Assembly: GCA_030390025.1 (NCBI GenBank)
Contig: CM059432.1
Location: forward strand, 82,958,001 to 83,022,000
DNA length: 64,000 nt
Reading direction: 5' to 3'
Source: Squalus acanthias
Lineage: Eukaryota
Position 1 is the first letter of the stretch. The number at the start of each line of letters is the position of its first letter. The position numbers were made by a program, and so were the translations under genes. Below, in pieces: positions 48,498 through 60,592 of the stretch. The notes below the pieces were generated by a model. It was not told the DNA's origin. It searched no databases and saw nothing but the letters and a program-made list of their open reading frames with translations.

Positions 48498-49822
48498 AAA
48501 GCAGCTCAATCAATTTTTCAGTAGGGGAATCCAACTGATGCACCTTGTGAATTGTGCACAATGCACACGCTCATACTGTGCCATCTACCCCTTCAGCTGA
48601 CAGTGATCACTCTGGGGAAATATATCAAGACCAGGTCAGGCTGTTGAGAGATGCTAAGGCCTTCAAATTAAAAAGTGTTAATGAAGCTACTGATAAACAC
48701 AAATTATTTCATAGGTAAGCTTAATTATGTTACTGTGAAATACATGATTGTTATGCATTATGCTAGGAACCTTATTTTGAGATGGTATCGGGGAGGGGGT
48801 GCGCACGCAGGAAATGGTGGACAAAAATGTTGTTAATTTTTTTTATAAATGTATTTGGTTGGTTCCTCCTGACTGGTTAGTCAGGATTGGTTGTTTTTGT
48901 AAATCTTTAGGAATTTCTCATAGTTTTACAGCCAGTTTTTTGATTTGTACATTAATTACCTTATTTGTTACATGCAATTGTGTCAGAAAATAGTAAGTGT
49001 AATGATTTTATAATAGATACATTGGCATAGGTGCGTATAGTGGTTTGCAAGCTATAAAGATCAGTATGTTTAGTCCAGATGTAACTCAATGCTTAGATCA
49101 TCTGACCACATTAAGCCAATTTTGTTATCTTTTGTCCAGTTTGCAAGTTGTGGAACAGTGAAGCAGTGGGCAGTCAACCACTGGGAACAAACCGCTAAAG
49201 AAAATGGGCATAAAACTGACTGCTGATTCAGACACCCACTAGTTTATTAGGGATTGATACTGGTGTTGGCCATTGAACAAGTCAATGGTCCAAACTATTT
49301 AATCCACATGGATGAGGGAATAATTGCAGCTGTAGATGGCAATGGTATGAGAACATAAACAGTGAAGAAATGGAATACATGTAATTTTGCCCCACCACCC
49401 TCTTTTGAAAGTTTGAGTATAAAGTGGAATATCACTGTTTAAAATCCCAAGATAATTTGACCACCAGTTGAATCAGAAATTTTGAATCTGAAATATTAAC
49501 CTGTCTTTCGCTTTCAGGTGCTTGCTTGATCTGTACTTTTCCCACTATTTTATGGATTATCTCATTTTAGTTTTTCTTCTGGCCCATTTCTGGTTTTGTG
49601 ATCGATTATACTATATGATCTCTGACTCAAATTTTGCAGGCTCAAGTACAGATGAGGGAAGCCATCTGGAAACCTATGGTTGTAGCATCATAACATCCAC
49701 TTATTCCAGCTTTTGCCTCTACTGTCCTCGATGGAAAACCATTTCCAACATGAATCATTCTTTGTGGTCCTTCAGCTTTAACCTCCTTTTACTCTAGGAT
49801 CATCCTTGACATCAAAGATAAT

Positions 49823-50561
49823 GGCCTGGAAATTGCGGTCGGAGGCTTGCAGCCTGCATACGCCTCCGAACCGCAAGAAAACTCCGTACTTATGATAGCT
49901 CCGGACTCTTGCGGTCGTGGGCCTGCAGGCATAAACCTGCATAAAGGCCCACGCATCCCAGGGGCGCATGCGGTTCGCAAGTGTTCCAGGGATCACGTGG
50001 GCCAGGCCAACCAATGACAAGGGGGGTTCCTAGTATACTTATGGGAATTCCATTTACGTACAGAATCCCCATGAGCATAATAAAAATCACCTAATAGATA
50101 AAATTTCACAACACAAATAAAAATAAATAATTAAAAGTTCAAAATGAATTAAAATACCATTTAATTAAACATTTAAAATAAAAATTCAATTTTTTGAAAA
50201 AATAAATGTAAACACTTACCTGGGACAAAATTGACCTAATCTAATTTTAAATGTAAGTGAATGTTTAAATCATTTTTTAAAAATGTTAGCATTTATTTAA
50301 ACCCTTACGCTGGTAAAAGGCCCTACGCTTGCTTTTACCAGGCCTAAGGGTTTGGTGGGTAATCACTGGGCAGTAGTTGGGCAAATAGTCCAAATCTGCG
50401 CCAGCAAAAGTGAATTTACAGCGGAGGGGTACGACCTGTCATGGAGAAACTTGACAGATCGCAAGTTCCGGGTTTTCACGCATGCACATCGCATGTGGAA
50501 ACCCGGAACTTGAAGCATTTATGACAGCGTACGCCGTCATAGGCCCTGGAAAATCTGGGCC
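49823..50561. mobile_element. Hairpin-rich MITE, copy C
   Basis: TIRs ggcctggaaattgc / ggaaaatctgggcc, perfect TSD aat/aat; colinear with copy B. Confidence 0.8.
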
Positions 50562-50760
50562 AATACCAGGTTCCTTTTCTCTACTAACATTGCCTTCTTA
50601 GACCCCCTCTTCCCTAAAGGCATGGGGGGATATCTTACCTGAAAAAACGGGTGGGTTTGGAGTGTGGGAGTAGTTAAATTGTTAAAAATGGGATTCCCGA
50701 CCTGAACCTGCTTCCAACTCACTCACTTCTGGTTTTAACTGAGGTGGGACGCGGGTGTGT

Positions 50761-50792
<32 letters not shown>
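50761..50792 (+). repeat. Poly-G homopolymer (32 nt)
   Basis: Direct read; similar G or C runs at 9595-9620, 40857-40877 and 62557-62580. Confidence 0.9.
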
Positions 50793-50793
<1 letters not shown>

Positions 50794-51064
50794 ATCTCCA
50801 AAAGTGGTTTGCTTTTCCTCCACAGGCATCATCGCCTCCCATCCTTCAACACCAGTGCTCTGCATCAGTCACCCAAAAATTCGGCCTCCAGGCTTAATCT
50901 GCCTGCAGCCTGAAAAATAAGCGCCCCCACCACTGCAGCAGGAAAATACAACTTCAGAACCCAATCCCTCCCCAAACCCTCCACCAACAGCACAAAAATG
51001 TGGCCTCCAAGCCCAATTCCCTCCCCACCTACCTTCATGTAACCCAAATATAATTTTCCATTCA

Positions 51065-51740
51065 ACAGAGTGCAGGAACAATATATTCCGCTAAAAGGGA
51101 AGAACAAACTAAACACTATTGAGACTCCATGGCTGAATAAAGCCACAAGAAACAATTGAGGGTAAGGAAAGAGGCATACATTAAGAACAGGGACAGCAGG
51201 GGCGTGCATGATAAAGGGAGAATATGAAGAGGTTAAGAGAGAAGTCAAAAAAAATTATGAAGGCATAGAGGAACTATGAAATTAAGTTATCAAGGAACAT
51301 AAAACAAAATAATAATTTTACAGGCACAGCAATAAAAAGGTTGGGATGGGAATAGGGGACAGACAGTATAATACCACAGGTTTTTGAATATTAAGGGAAT
51401 CAAGGGATATGGGGATAGTTCAGGAAAGTAGAGATGAGGTAGAAGATCAGCCATGATCTTACTGAATTGATCTTATCGAAGGGCCAAATGGCCTACTCCT
51501 GCTCCTATTTCTTATGCTCTTATGCAACGAGAGAGATGGCAGAAATATTAGTTTGCTTCAGTATTTACCAGGGAGATAGAACAAGTGGACATGGCATTGG
51601 ATGATGAGATTAGTAATGAGAAGTGCATTTAAAATAAAAAAGAGGGAATATATTAAATCAACTAATTAAACTCAGGATAAAACCCCTGGTCCAGATGGAT
51701 TGTATCCACGCATTTTAAAATAATCTAGGGAAGAGATAGC
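51065..51740 (+). mobile_element. Decayed CR1 ORF2 linker fragment with a nested CR1 3' end (51378-51523)
   Basis: QEQYIPLKG..ETPWLNK, aaaacccctggtccagatggattgtatccacgcatttt (PGPDGLYPRIL); internal CR1 tail ctcctgctcctatttcttatgctcttatg. Confidence 0.65.
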
Positions 51741-51741
51741 A

Positions 51742-52210
51742 CAATCTACTCAATCTCTCCTCATAGGACAACCCTCTCATCCCAGGAATCAATCTAATGA
51801 ACCTTTGCTGCATCGCCTCGAAGGCAAGTATGTCCTTCCTCAGATAAGACCAAAACTGTGCACAGTACTCCAGGTGTGGTCTCACCAAAGCCCTGTACAA
51901 TTGTAGTAAGACTTCCTTACTCTTATACTCCAACCCCCTTGTAATAAAAGTCCAAAATGCCAAATGCCTTCGTAATTGCTTGCTGTACCTGCATGCTAAC
52001 TTTGTGTTTCCTGTACGAGGACACCAAAATCTCTCTGAACCCCAACATTTAATAGTTTCTCACCATTTAAAAAAAAACTGTTCTTCTATTCTTCCTACCA
52101 AAGTGAATAACCTCACATTTCCCCACATTAAACTCCATCTGCCATCTTATTGCCCACTCACTTAACCTGTCTATATCCCTTTGCAGGCTCTTTGTGTCCT
52201 CCTCACAGTT
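51742..52210 (-). mobile_element. CR1 LINE fragment
   Basis: ORF 51715-51963 LYRALVRPHLEYCAQFWS; very similar to 35080-35510. Confidence 0.85.
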
Positions 52211-52214
52211 TAAG

Positions 52215-52910
52215 ACATGGGGTCAGGTTCCACATGTAAACTAATGACACCAAGCTCCACCTCTTCTATTCAACCTCCAGCTGAGCTTTAGATCCTCTCC
52301 ATCACAAAGACTGCCCATTTTCAGCTCTAAAATCGCCCACCTCCACCCCTGCTTCAGCTCATCTGCTGCTTAATCTTTCATCTGTGCCGTTGTCATCTCC
52401 AAAATCAACTATTTCAAAGCTCTCCTGGCTGACATCCCAACCTCCAATCTAAATCTCAGCGCATCCAAAACTCTGCTGCCCATATCCTATCCCCCAGAGT
52501 CCAGCTCACCCATCATCCTTGTATTGCTTACTTACAATGGCTCCTGGTGCTCCAATTTAAAATTCTTATCCTCATGTTTAAATCCCTTCATGGCCTCTAC
52601 CCTCCCCATCTCTGTAACCTACTCCAGCCCTACAACCCCACTGCCTCTCCTCCTACCCCCACCCTCGAACTTTGCGTTCTTTCAATTCTGGTCTCTTGTG
52701 CATCCCTCCCTCCACTTCTCCATTGGTAGCTGTGCCTTCAGCCACTTAGCTACCATGCTCTGAAATTCACTCCCTAAACCCCTCCACTTGCCTCTCCTCC
52801 TTGAAATCCATCTTTTTGACCAAGCTTTTACAGCTATCCTAATACTTTGGCCCACGTCCATTTTTGCCCAATTACGCCTCTGTGAAATGACTTGGGACGT
52901 TTTTCTGTTC
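52215..52910 (+). mobile_element. Degenerate L2 LINE 3' part (52545-52907 is the right arm of the inverted duplication)
   Basis: FKILILMFKSLHGL motif; tail tgtgaaatgacttgggacgtttt. Confidence 0.75.
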
Positions 52911-54015
52911 AAGGCTCCATTTAAACACTGGATAGCAACACTTAATTATGGTTAAAATATTCAAAATCCTAGAGAAATTTTCTGTGTTACCCATGCAATT
53001 GCTTGGTTCATAAATTTAATTTTTCACACGAGTCAGCAAAACATCAGAACATCAGGAATATGTAGGTTGACATTTTTAAATCTTAATACATCATATCTTA
53101 TGTAGCACCCCTCTTCATACAACACCATATCCTCCAACTCATTGTCAGCAATGCCATGGAAAATCCATAAACTGAATTCCAAGATGAATTAAAAATGGAA
53201 ACGTATTGCTCTCTTCACCATGAGCAGAACAGCAGCTCGTCAGAAAGTTTTATGCAAGCAGGGAGCAAAGAGTATAAAAATACATCCCACCACTGAAACA
53301 GAGCAGAACAACGCTGTGGGTGGGTCATTTAAGTGCTAGGTTTATGCAGCAGCTTTCAACACATGCCTGGTAAGAGAAGAGAAATGAATGAGTCAATCAG
53401 CAATAGTGCCTATTTTGGGGGGGATTTGGGAGGAAGGATAGCAAGTCTAACACTTTGCTCACCCCACTTCACTACATCGATGAAGATACTGCAGAACTAC
53501 CAACATTTCAATAACTGCACAATTCCCAATATATCGATCAGACATTTGGAATAACATTCTCTGTGAGCAGCAATATAAACTGAAAATGAGGAGGTTCCAG
53601 AGCAACACTGGCCCTGATTACTTAGGGAGAATGCAGGATAACAGCAATATATTTTGAAGATCCAACTTCTAAAAACTGGTGAAACCGTGGCATTTTTGTA
53701 ATCTAAAAACAAATTTGAAAGAAAAAAAATAAAAAGGGATTACTATTCTTTTTTGGTACAATAAATTTCTAAATTGATGCTGCTTACTCTAGATTTTTTT
53801 TTAAATGACAGGTCCAGGAGATGTTTATTCACTTACAGCACAGCCAGTGTTCCAGCAGCTGTGATGGTTAAAGTGTTGAGTTTTTTTTAAATCACACATT
53901 GGTTATTGGAAGAAGAGGGATGGATTCTCGCCTGGCAATTTTCACCATTCCTTTCCTGAAGGCACTGACTTCTTGCTAGGATATCAGTATGCCAGGCACC
54001 TTCTAGTACCTCGCT

Positions 54016-54669
54016 GGCCCGGATTTTGCGGTCAGCGGCGAACAAACGGCGCTCACTGTTCATTGCGCTTACAACTACCCATAGACTTCGTGGGCTTTTG
54101 CGCGGCAACTTATGGTAATCGGGAGTAATTAGAGAGCCATTTCAGCGCAACGCCCTCCACAGGGGATCTGTGGCATGCATGAGCAGGGAAAACAACAGCA
54201 TGTCTTTTCAACCAATTAAATTGAAGAATCCTTACTGAGACAAAGTCTAAAAAGGATGGGATAAAGACAGAAAGTAAAAAAACATTTTTTTTTTTTTAAA
54301 TTAAAAAATCTCACAACAATAATTAAAAACTCCACACTTGCGAAAGTTAATTTTCAGTGCCAGAGAGGTTGTTTGACAGTAATTAAGACTTATCTCGTGG
54401 TTAGAAATTCACTTACACTTGAATGGACAAGTCCTAACTTTTTCTGGCGCGTTTAGTAGGTAAGTACCACCTGCAGCTTCACACCCTTCCATGTGTTTTA
54501 ATGCACAGTCTTTTGACGAGACAGTGTTATAGTGAAGCTTTGGGAGAAGGACAAATCTGACAGCAACTTCCCGATTTCCGCATTTTACTGTGCATATGCC
54601 GACGCTGGAAGTTGCTGTCCGATTTACTCCACAATAACGGTGAACGCTGATAGACGTAAAATCTGGGCC
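54016..54669. mobile_element. MITE copy D, same TIR type, different interior
   Basis: TIRs ggcccggattttgcg / cgtaaaatctgggcc; internal hairpin gacagcaacttcc...ggaagttgctgtc; TSD not clean (gct/att). Confidence 0.65.
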
Positions 54670-55014
54670 ATTATTTACATAAGCCTCGACAATGAAGGTT
54701 GGCAAACTATTTGACGAGGAGGAGGAAAGAGGCAGAACTCAGTAGCTCCTGTACTAGCCCAGCATTAGTTAATGTGAACTTCCAGCAGGGGTTGACAGAC
54801 AGAAATCAAGAGTGCAAACCCTGGTTAATGTTCTCCTTCAAACCAAGAGTCAATGAGACCAATTGTAGCACTCCTACTGCCTGCCTAACTAAACACGGAC
54901 CAGGGATCAAAACTAGGACCACCTTGGTCTATCGGACTCAACTACTTGCTGAATATCACAGGAGCTAGAATTGTACAAAAAATAGGATTATTGAACTTAA
55001 AAAAAAAACCATTT

Positions 55015-56912
55015 CATAGAAACATAGAAAATAGGTACAGGAGTAGACCATTCGGTCCTTCGAGCCTGCACCGCCATTCAATGCGTTCATGGCTGAACAT
55101 GCTACCTCAGTACCCCATTCCTGCTTTCTCGCCATACCCCTTGATCCCCCTAGTTGTGAGTGTTATATCTAACTCCCTTTTGAATATATTTAGCGAACTG
55201 GCCTCAACAACCTTCTGTGGAAGAGAATTCCATAGATTCACCACTCTCTGGGTGAAAAAGTTCCTCCTCAGCTCAGTCCTAAATGGCTTCCCCTTAATCC
55301 TTAGACTGTGACCCCTGGTTCTAGTTTTCCCTAACATTGGGAACATTCTGCCCGCATCTAATTTGTCTAAACCAGTCAGGATTTTAAATGTCTCTATAAG
55401 ATCCCCCCTCATTCTTCTGAACTCCAGAGGATACAAGTTCAGTTGACCCAATCTTTCTTGATATGTCAGACCGGCCATCCCAGGAATCAATCTAGTGAAC
55501 CTTCGCTGCACTCCCTCAATAGCAAGAATGTCCTTCCTTAAGTTAGGAGACCAAAACTGCGCACAATACTCCAGGTGTGGTCTCACCAAGGCCCTGTACA
55601 ACTGCAGCATCACCTCCCTACTCCTGTACTCAAATCCCCTTACTATGAAGGCCATCATTCCGTTTGCTTTCTTGACTGCCTGCTGCACTTGCATTCCCAC
55701 CTTCAGTGACTGATGTACCATGACGCCCAGGTCTCGTTGCACCTCCCCTTTCCCTAATCTGCCACCATTCAGGTAATAGTCCGCCTCTCTATTTTTACCA
55801 CCAAAGTGGATAACCTCACATTTATCCACATTGTACTTCATCTGCCATACATTTGCCCATTCACCCAACCTGTCCAAGTCACTCTGTAGCCTCCTAGCAT
55901 CCTCCTCATTGTTCACACTGCCTCCCAATTTAGTGTCATCCGCAAATTTGGAGATATTACATTTAATTCCTTCGTCCAAATCATTAATATATAATGTAAA
56001 CAGCTGGGGTCCCAGCACCGAACCCTGCGGTACCCCGCTGGTCACTGCCTGCCATTCTGAAAAGTACCCATTTACTCCTACTCTTTGTTTCCTGTGTGCC
56101 AACCAGTTCTCAATCCACGTCAACACATTACCCCCAATCCCATGTGCTTTAACTTTGCTCACCAATCTCTTGTGTGGGACCTTGTCGAAGGCCTTCTGAA
56201 AGTCCAAATACACAACATCTACTGGTTCCCCCCTGTCCACCCTATTGGAAACATCCTCAAAAAATTCCAGAAGATTTGTCAAGCATGATTTCCCTTTCAC
56301 AAATCCATGCTGACTTGGACCTATCATGTCGCCACTTTCCAAATGGTCTGTTATGACATCTTTAATAATTGCTTCCATCATTTTACCCACGACCGATGTC
56401 AGGCTGACCGGTCTATAATTCCCTGCTTTCTCCCTCCCTCCTTTTTTAAAAAGAGGGGTTACATTGGCCACCCTCCACTCCATCGGAACTGATCCAGAGT
56501 CTAAGGAATGTTGGAAAATGATCGTCAATGCATCCACTATTTCCAAGGCCACCTCCTTAAGTACTCTGGGATGCAGACCATCAGGCCCCGGGGATTTTTC
56601 AGCCTTCAGTCCCATCAATTTCCCCAATACCTTTTCCCGACTAATAAGGATTTCCCTCAGCTCCTCCCTCTTACCAGATCCTCTGACCCCTTTTATTTCC
56701 GGCAGGTTGTGTGTGTCCTCCACAGTAAACACCGAACCAAAGTACTTGTTCAATTGATCTGCCATTTCCTTGTTCCCCATTACGACTTCCCCTGTTTCCG
56801 ACTGCAGGGGACCTACGTTTGTTTTTACTAACCTCTTTCTTTTTACATATTTATAGAAGCTTTTGCAGTCCATTTTAATGTTCTCTGCAAGCTTCCTTTC
56901 ATATTTTATTTT
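55015..56912 (-). mobile_element. Young 5'-truncated CR1 LINE with uninterrupted RT ORF
   Basis: ORF 55107-56936 (609 aa): KSPGPDGLHPRVLKE, NYRPVSLTS, QHGF, YLDFQKAFDKVPH, GVPQGSVLGP, FADDTK; tail ttttctatgtttctatg; possible TSD cattt. APE domain absent. Confidence 0.95.
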
Positions 56913-56994
56913 CATTTGTACTTCTAAGCATATCACAAATATACAATTTTTACTTGTACAGCAGTTAATGTATCATTTATGTTAGTTATAAAAT

Positions 56995-57305
56995 TGAAAA
57001 ATTGGAGCTAAAACATTTGTTTAATTTTGAGTAGCTCTAAGGACTGGATCTACAGAAGGGTACTATTGATTCTATCCACTTTAACATTTAGTTAAACTTT
57101 TGATATGCAGATTTAAGGATCAGGCCACTCAAGACTACTGTGATGCAACAGAACTGGTGTCTGTTGGAGAGTTTTAAAAAGCTAACTACAAAAGTTAACT
57201 ATCACCATTTTAAAGTGGATAGGATCCATCCTAGCACCCTGTCTGTAGATCTAGTCCTTCTAGAGATACTCAAAAGTAAACAAATGCTTTAGCTCCAATT
57301 TTTCA
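56995..57305. repeat. Imperfect inverted repeat, about 110-bp arms with 86-nt spacer
   Basis: tgaaaaattggagctaaaacatttgtttaattttgagta... pairs with ...tactcaaaagtaaacaaatgctttagctccaatttttca. Confidence 0.85.
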
Positions 57306-58467
57306 CCTCCGAGTTACTCTTCTGATATTTACTTTGCTTTAATGGCTCAGAAGTGGATGCATTAGTCAGCAACTTAAAGCCAAATTCCATTTACTGGCTG
57401 AAAGCTGATCACCCTCATGAATTTTTTATGCTCCAAGATATTTGAAGATGTCACTGGGAAAGCACTGTGTGATAACACATTAGCTTGCAAATGGATAGCA
57501 ATGGCTTTGTAACACATGCAGAAACATCCTAATTATTGTCTACAATATTAAATTTCAGACAACAGGCAGCCTTCGTGGAGCAATCTTCCGACTGTAGCCT
57601 CACATTTTTCCAGATAATCCTATTACATGGAATTTGCAGGCAATATTTGTACTACACAAGCACGAATCCAACTGTAGCCAGCACTGCAACACACAGGTAC
57701 TGTACTGTAGTAACAATGCTTCACCAAAACATTACACAATAGCTTTCCCTCAATGGCTAAATAGATTTAGTTGCTCAATGATCTGCTTGCAAGCAATCTA
57801 AAACTATCCAATACCATTTACAAATTAAATGACACAAGTAGGACTCTGATTCTGTATACTACAAAGTACAGTATTGAAACAAAACTAAAATACCCATTAT
57901 TTGATCTGAACTATCACTACAATGTGTATAAAAACCACTACTCAAAAACAGTAACATCTTGAATTTTCTCCCACCAATATCATGAATACAACTGCACTCT
58001 TCAATTGTATAACTGCAGGAGGAATTCAACACAATGGTTTTAAGTGAATTGGGTGAGAATTTGGATTTTAAAAGTTCCCCTTCTCACCTAGATATCAGTA
58101 ACTGATTCAGATAACTATGATAACAAACCAGGACACTGCAGGAATATTAAAATGTTCTCTTTTGCCAGTATTAACATGCTATGCCAGTTTTTGGTTGTAT
58201 AATTGCACTGCACATTAGATCTTCAAAAATCAAAATCTCATCCAGTTAATGTTTAAAGTGCTGTGCCTACCTTGGTAGGAAGTGAAATGCATCAGTTGTC
58301 CCGAAACCAATGTTATTTTGTTACTAGGCGAGTATGGAAGTAAAAGTTTACATTTCTATTCTTCTCTCATCAAAACCTTTTCTGCCATTTAAACTAAAGA
58401 CTGCAAATTATATTTTTGTGCAATTAATATTTGAATTCATAGTGAAGATATCACTAACCATAACAAC

Positions 58468-58905
58468 CATGGCTCAGTTGGTAGCACTCTCGCCTGAGTC
58501 AGCAGGTTCAAGATCCACTCCAGAGACTTCAGCATGAAAATCTGGGCTGACACTCCAGTGCAGTGCTGAGGAAATGCTGCACTGTCAGAGGTGCCGTCTT
58601 TTGGATGAGACATTAAACCAAGGCCCCATCTGCTCTCTCAGGTGGACGTAAAAGATCCCACTGCACTATTTCGAAGAGCAGGGGAGTTATCCCTGGTGTC
58701 CTGGCCAATATTTATGCCTCAATCAATATCACTAAAACAGATCATCACATCGCTGTTTGTGGGAGCTTGCTGTGTACAAATTGGCTGCCGCGCTTCCTAC
58801 ATTACAACAGTGACAACACTTCAAAAGTACTTCATTGGTTGTAAAGCGCTTTGGGACATCCTGAGGTCGTGAAAGGCGCTATATAAACGCCAGTCTTTTT
58901 TTTTC
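58468..58905 (+). mobile_element. Near full-length Deu-domain SINE (SacSINE1-like)
   Basis: tggctcagttggtagc A box, ggttcaagatcc B box, Deu core, tail gaaaggcgctatataaacgccagtct. Confidence 0.88.
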
Positions 58906-59585
58906 TTCTCTATTTACATCTCCCTAAATTGCACAATGGGCAAATACATGTGTTGCACTAATGTATTGCAAACCAGGAAATTGCCAGGTTCAATCTCTGG
59001 TAGTCAGCAAAGGTAGAAGTCAAATAGCCCAAAAGCATTCACTGACTAGATTTGTATATGAAGAATGACACTTAGGCAAGGTACCAGAGAACTTCTGGTC
59101 TTAAATGGCATCCCAACTAAGAGTCACTACCTTAGGAAAAGAGGATAATATGATAAGAAAATCAGAGGAAAACTATAAAAGAAAAAAAAATTGCACAAAT
59201 GTGGAAAATTGGTCTGTATGCCATTACAGGGAAAACCAATTTATTTCACGTCTGCTCAAGTGCAGGTCACGATTGTATCTGCATATCTGGTATCACAGTA
59301 ATTAGGGAGCTGGGATGTGGTTCATCCAGAAGCCGACAAGTCAGCCTTTGCTACCTCAACTAATCAAGAAAAATCCTGGTTGCTATACAAGTGGTGAAAA
59401 AGCAAAATAACTCCATCATACTCATAATCCACTTGTCTGCTACCAATGCACTGGTACAACGACTATCAGTGATTTCAAATGAGTCATCAAGTCTGAATAT
59501 TGGTGCAATGGTGTGACAAACACACCTTAAATGAAGAGTTTCTATGCTTTTCTCCGATCCTATTGACCATCTGTACTTTATACTA

Positions 59586-60592
59586 TGGTAATTTCACCTT
59601 TAAGCTTCTGAATACACAGTAAGAATGCTGGAATAGTTTCTCCGCTAAATAAAAGCAGAAAATGCCCACAGTGAGGTGGTTTAGTGAAGAATGGTTTTAA
59701 TGTAGCCAGCAATAACTAAACCAGACCAGACATCAAGCAGCCACAGTATGAAAATCGTGCAGCAACTTCCATTTAATTATACTAAAGATTTATTTTTTTA
59801 AAGTAGTAATACATGAATTATATTTATATGCTGGACTTTTGCTTTAAAAGTCCATTGGTAGATATTCTTGAATTCTAGCAATCTTAATTGAGAGGAGGAT
59901 ATTAATTATAGGTGTGCTAGACTGCATACAGTATCCTGAGGAAAGGTTCAAAGATCAAGTGTGAGCTGTTAAAAGCAGCATCCCCTCTCCCTCACTCCTT
60001 CCCTCGCCCAAATCTTAAAAACACATTATGCATTTGAAGTAAATTATTTACTGCATCAGGTCCATCTAATAATGGTGGTAAATAAAATTGCAGCAGCTTT
60101 TACACTAGAATAATAGAAGATTAAAGCACAACTCAGCCTGGTGCTTCAATCAGCTCTCAGCATATAAAGCACACCATTATAAAAACATTAATACATGCAC
60201 TTTGGCGATTTAATGGGAAGATCAATTGCACACTTCACAATTTTTCACAATGAACACAGTTGTGTAAATTGTAGCATTGGTTAAGTATGTACAGACATTT
60301 GATGCACATTTTTGTCTATGTACTACACAGTGTCTTTATAAATGTGGGTTTTAACAGGTCCTTTTTGAAGAGCTATGAAGGCTGTTATTAAGATTAAGAC
60401 TCACCCACTTCATTATGCAGTAAACAGCATGTGGTAATTTCACCTTTAAGCTTCTGACTACACAGTAAGAATGCTGGAATAATTTCTCCGCTAAATAAAA
60501 GCAGAAAATGCCCAGTGAGGTGGTTTAGTGAAGAACGGTTTTAATGTAGCCAGCAATAACTAAATCAGACCAGACATCAAGCAGCCACAGTA
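59586..60592 (+). repeat. Local direct duplication (59586-59748 and 60432-60592)
   Basis: About 162-bp copies differing by 4 substitutions and one 2-bp indel by eye. Confidence 0.9.

Noticed and set aside
53825..53900. Minus-strand gtaagtg donor as the end of an NCOA2 5'UTR exon
   Set aside because: Donor-like motif only; no clear acceptor and no homology I can support.
55107..56936. 609-aa RT ORF as a domesticated gene or novel RT system
   Set aside because: Ordinary 5'-truncated CR1 with its 3' tail; the ORF start lies in flanking DNA.
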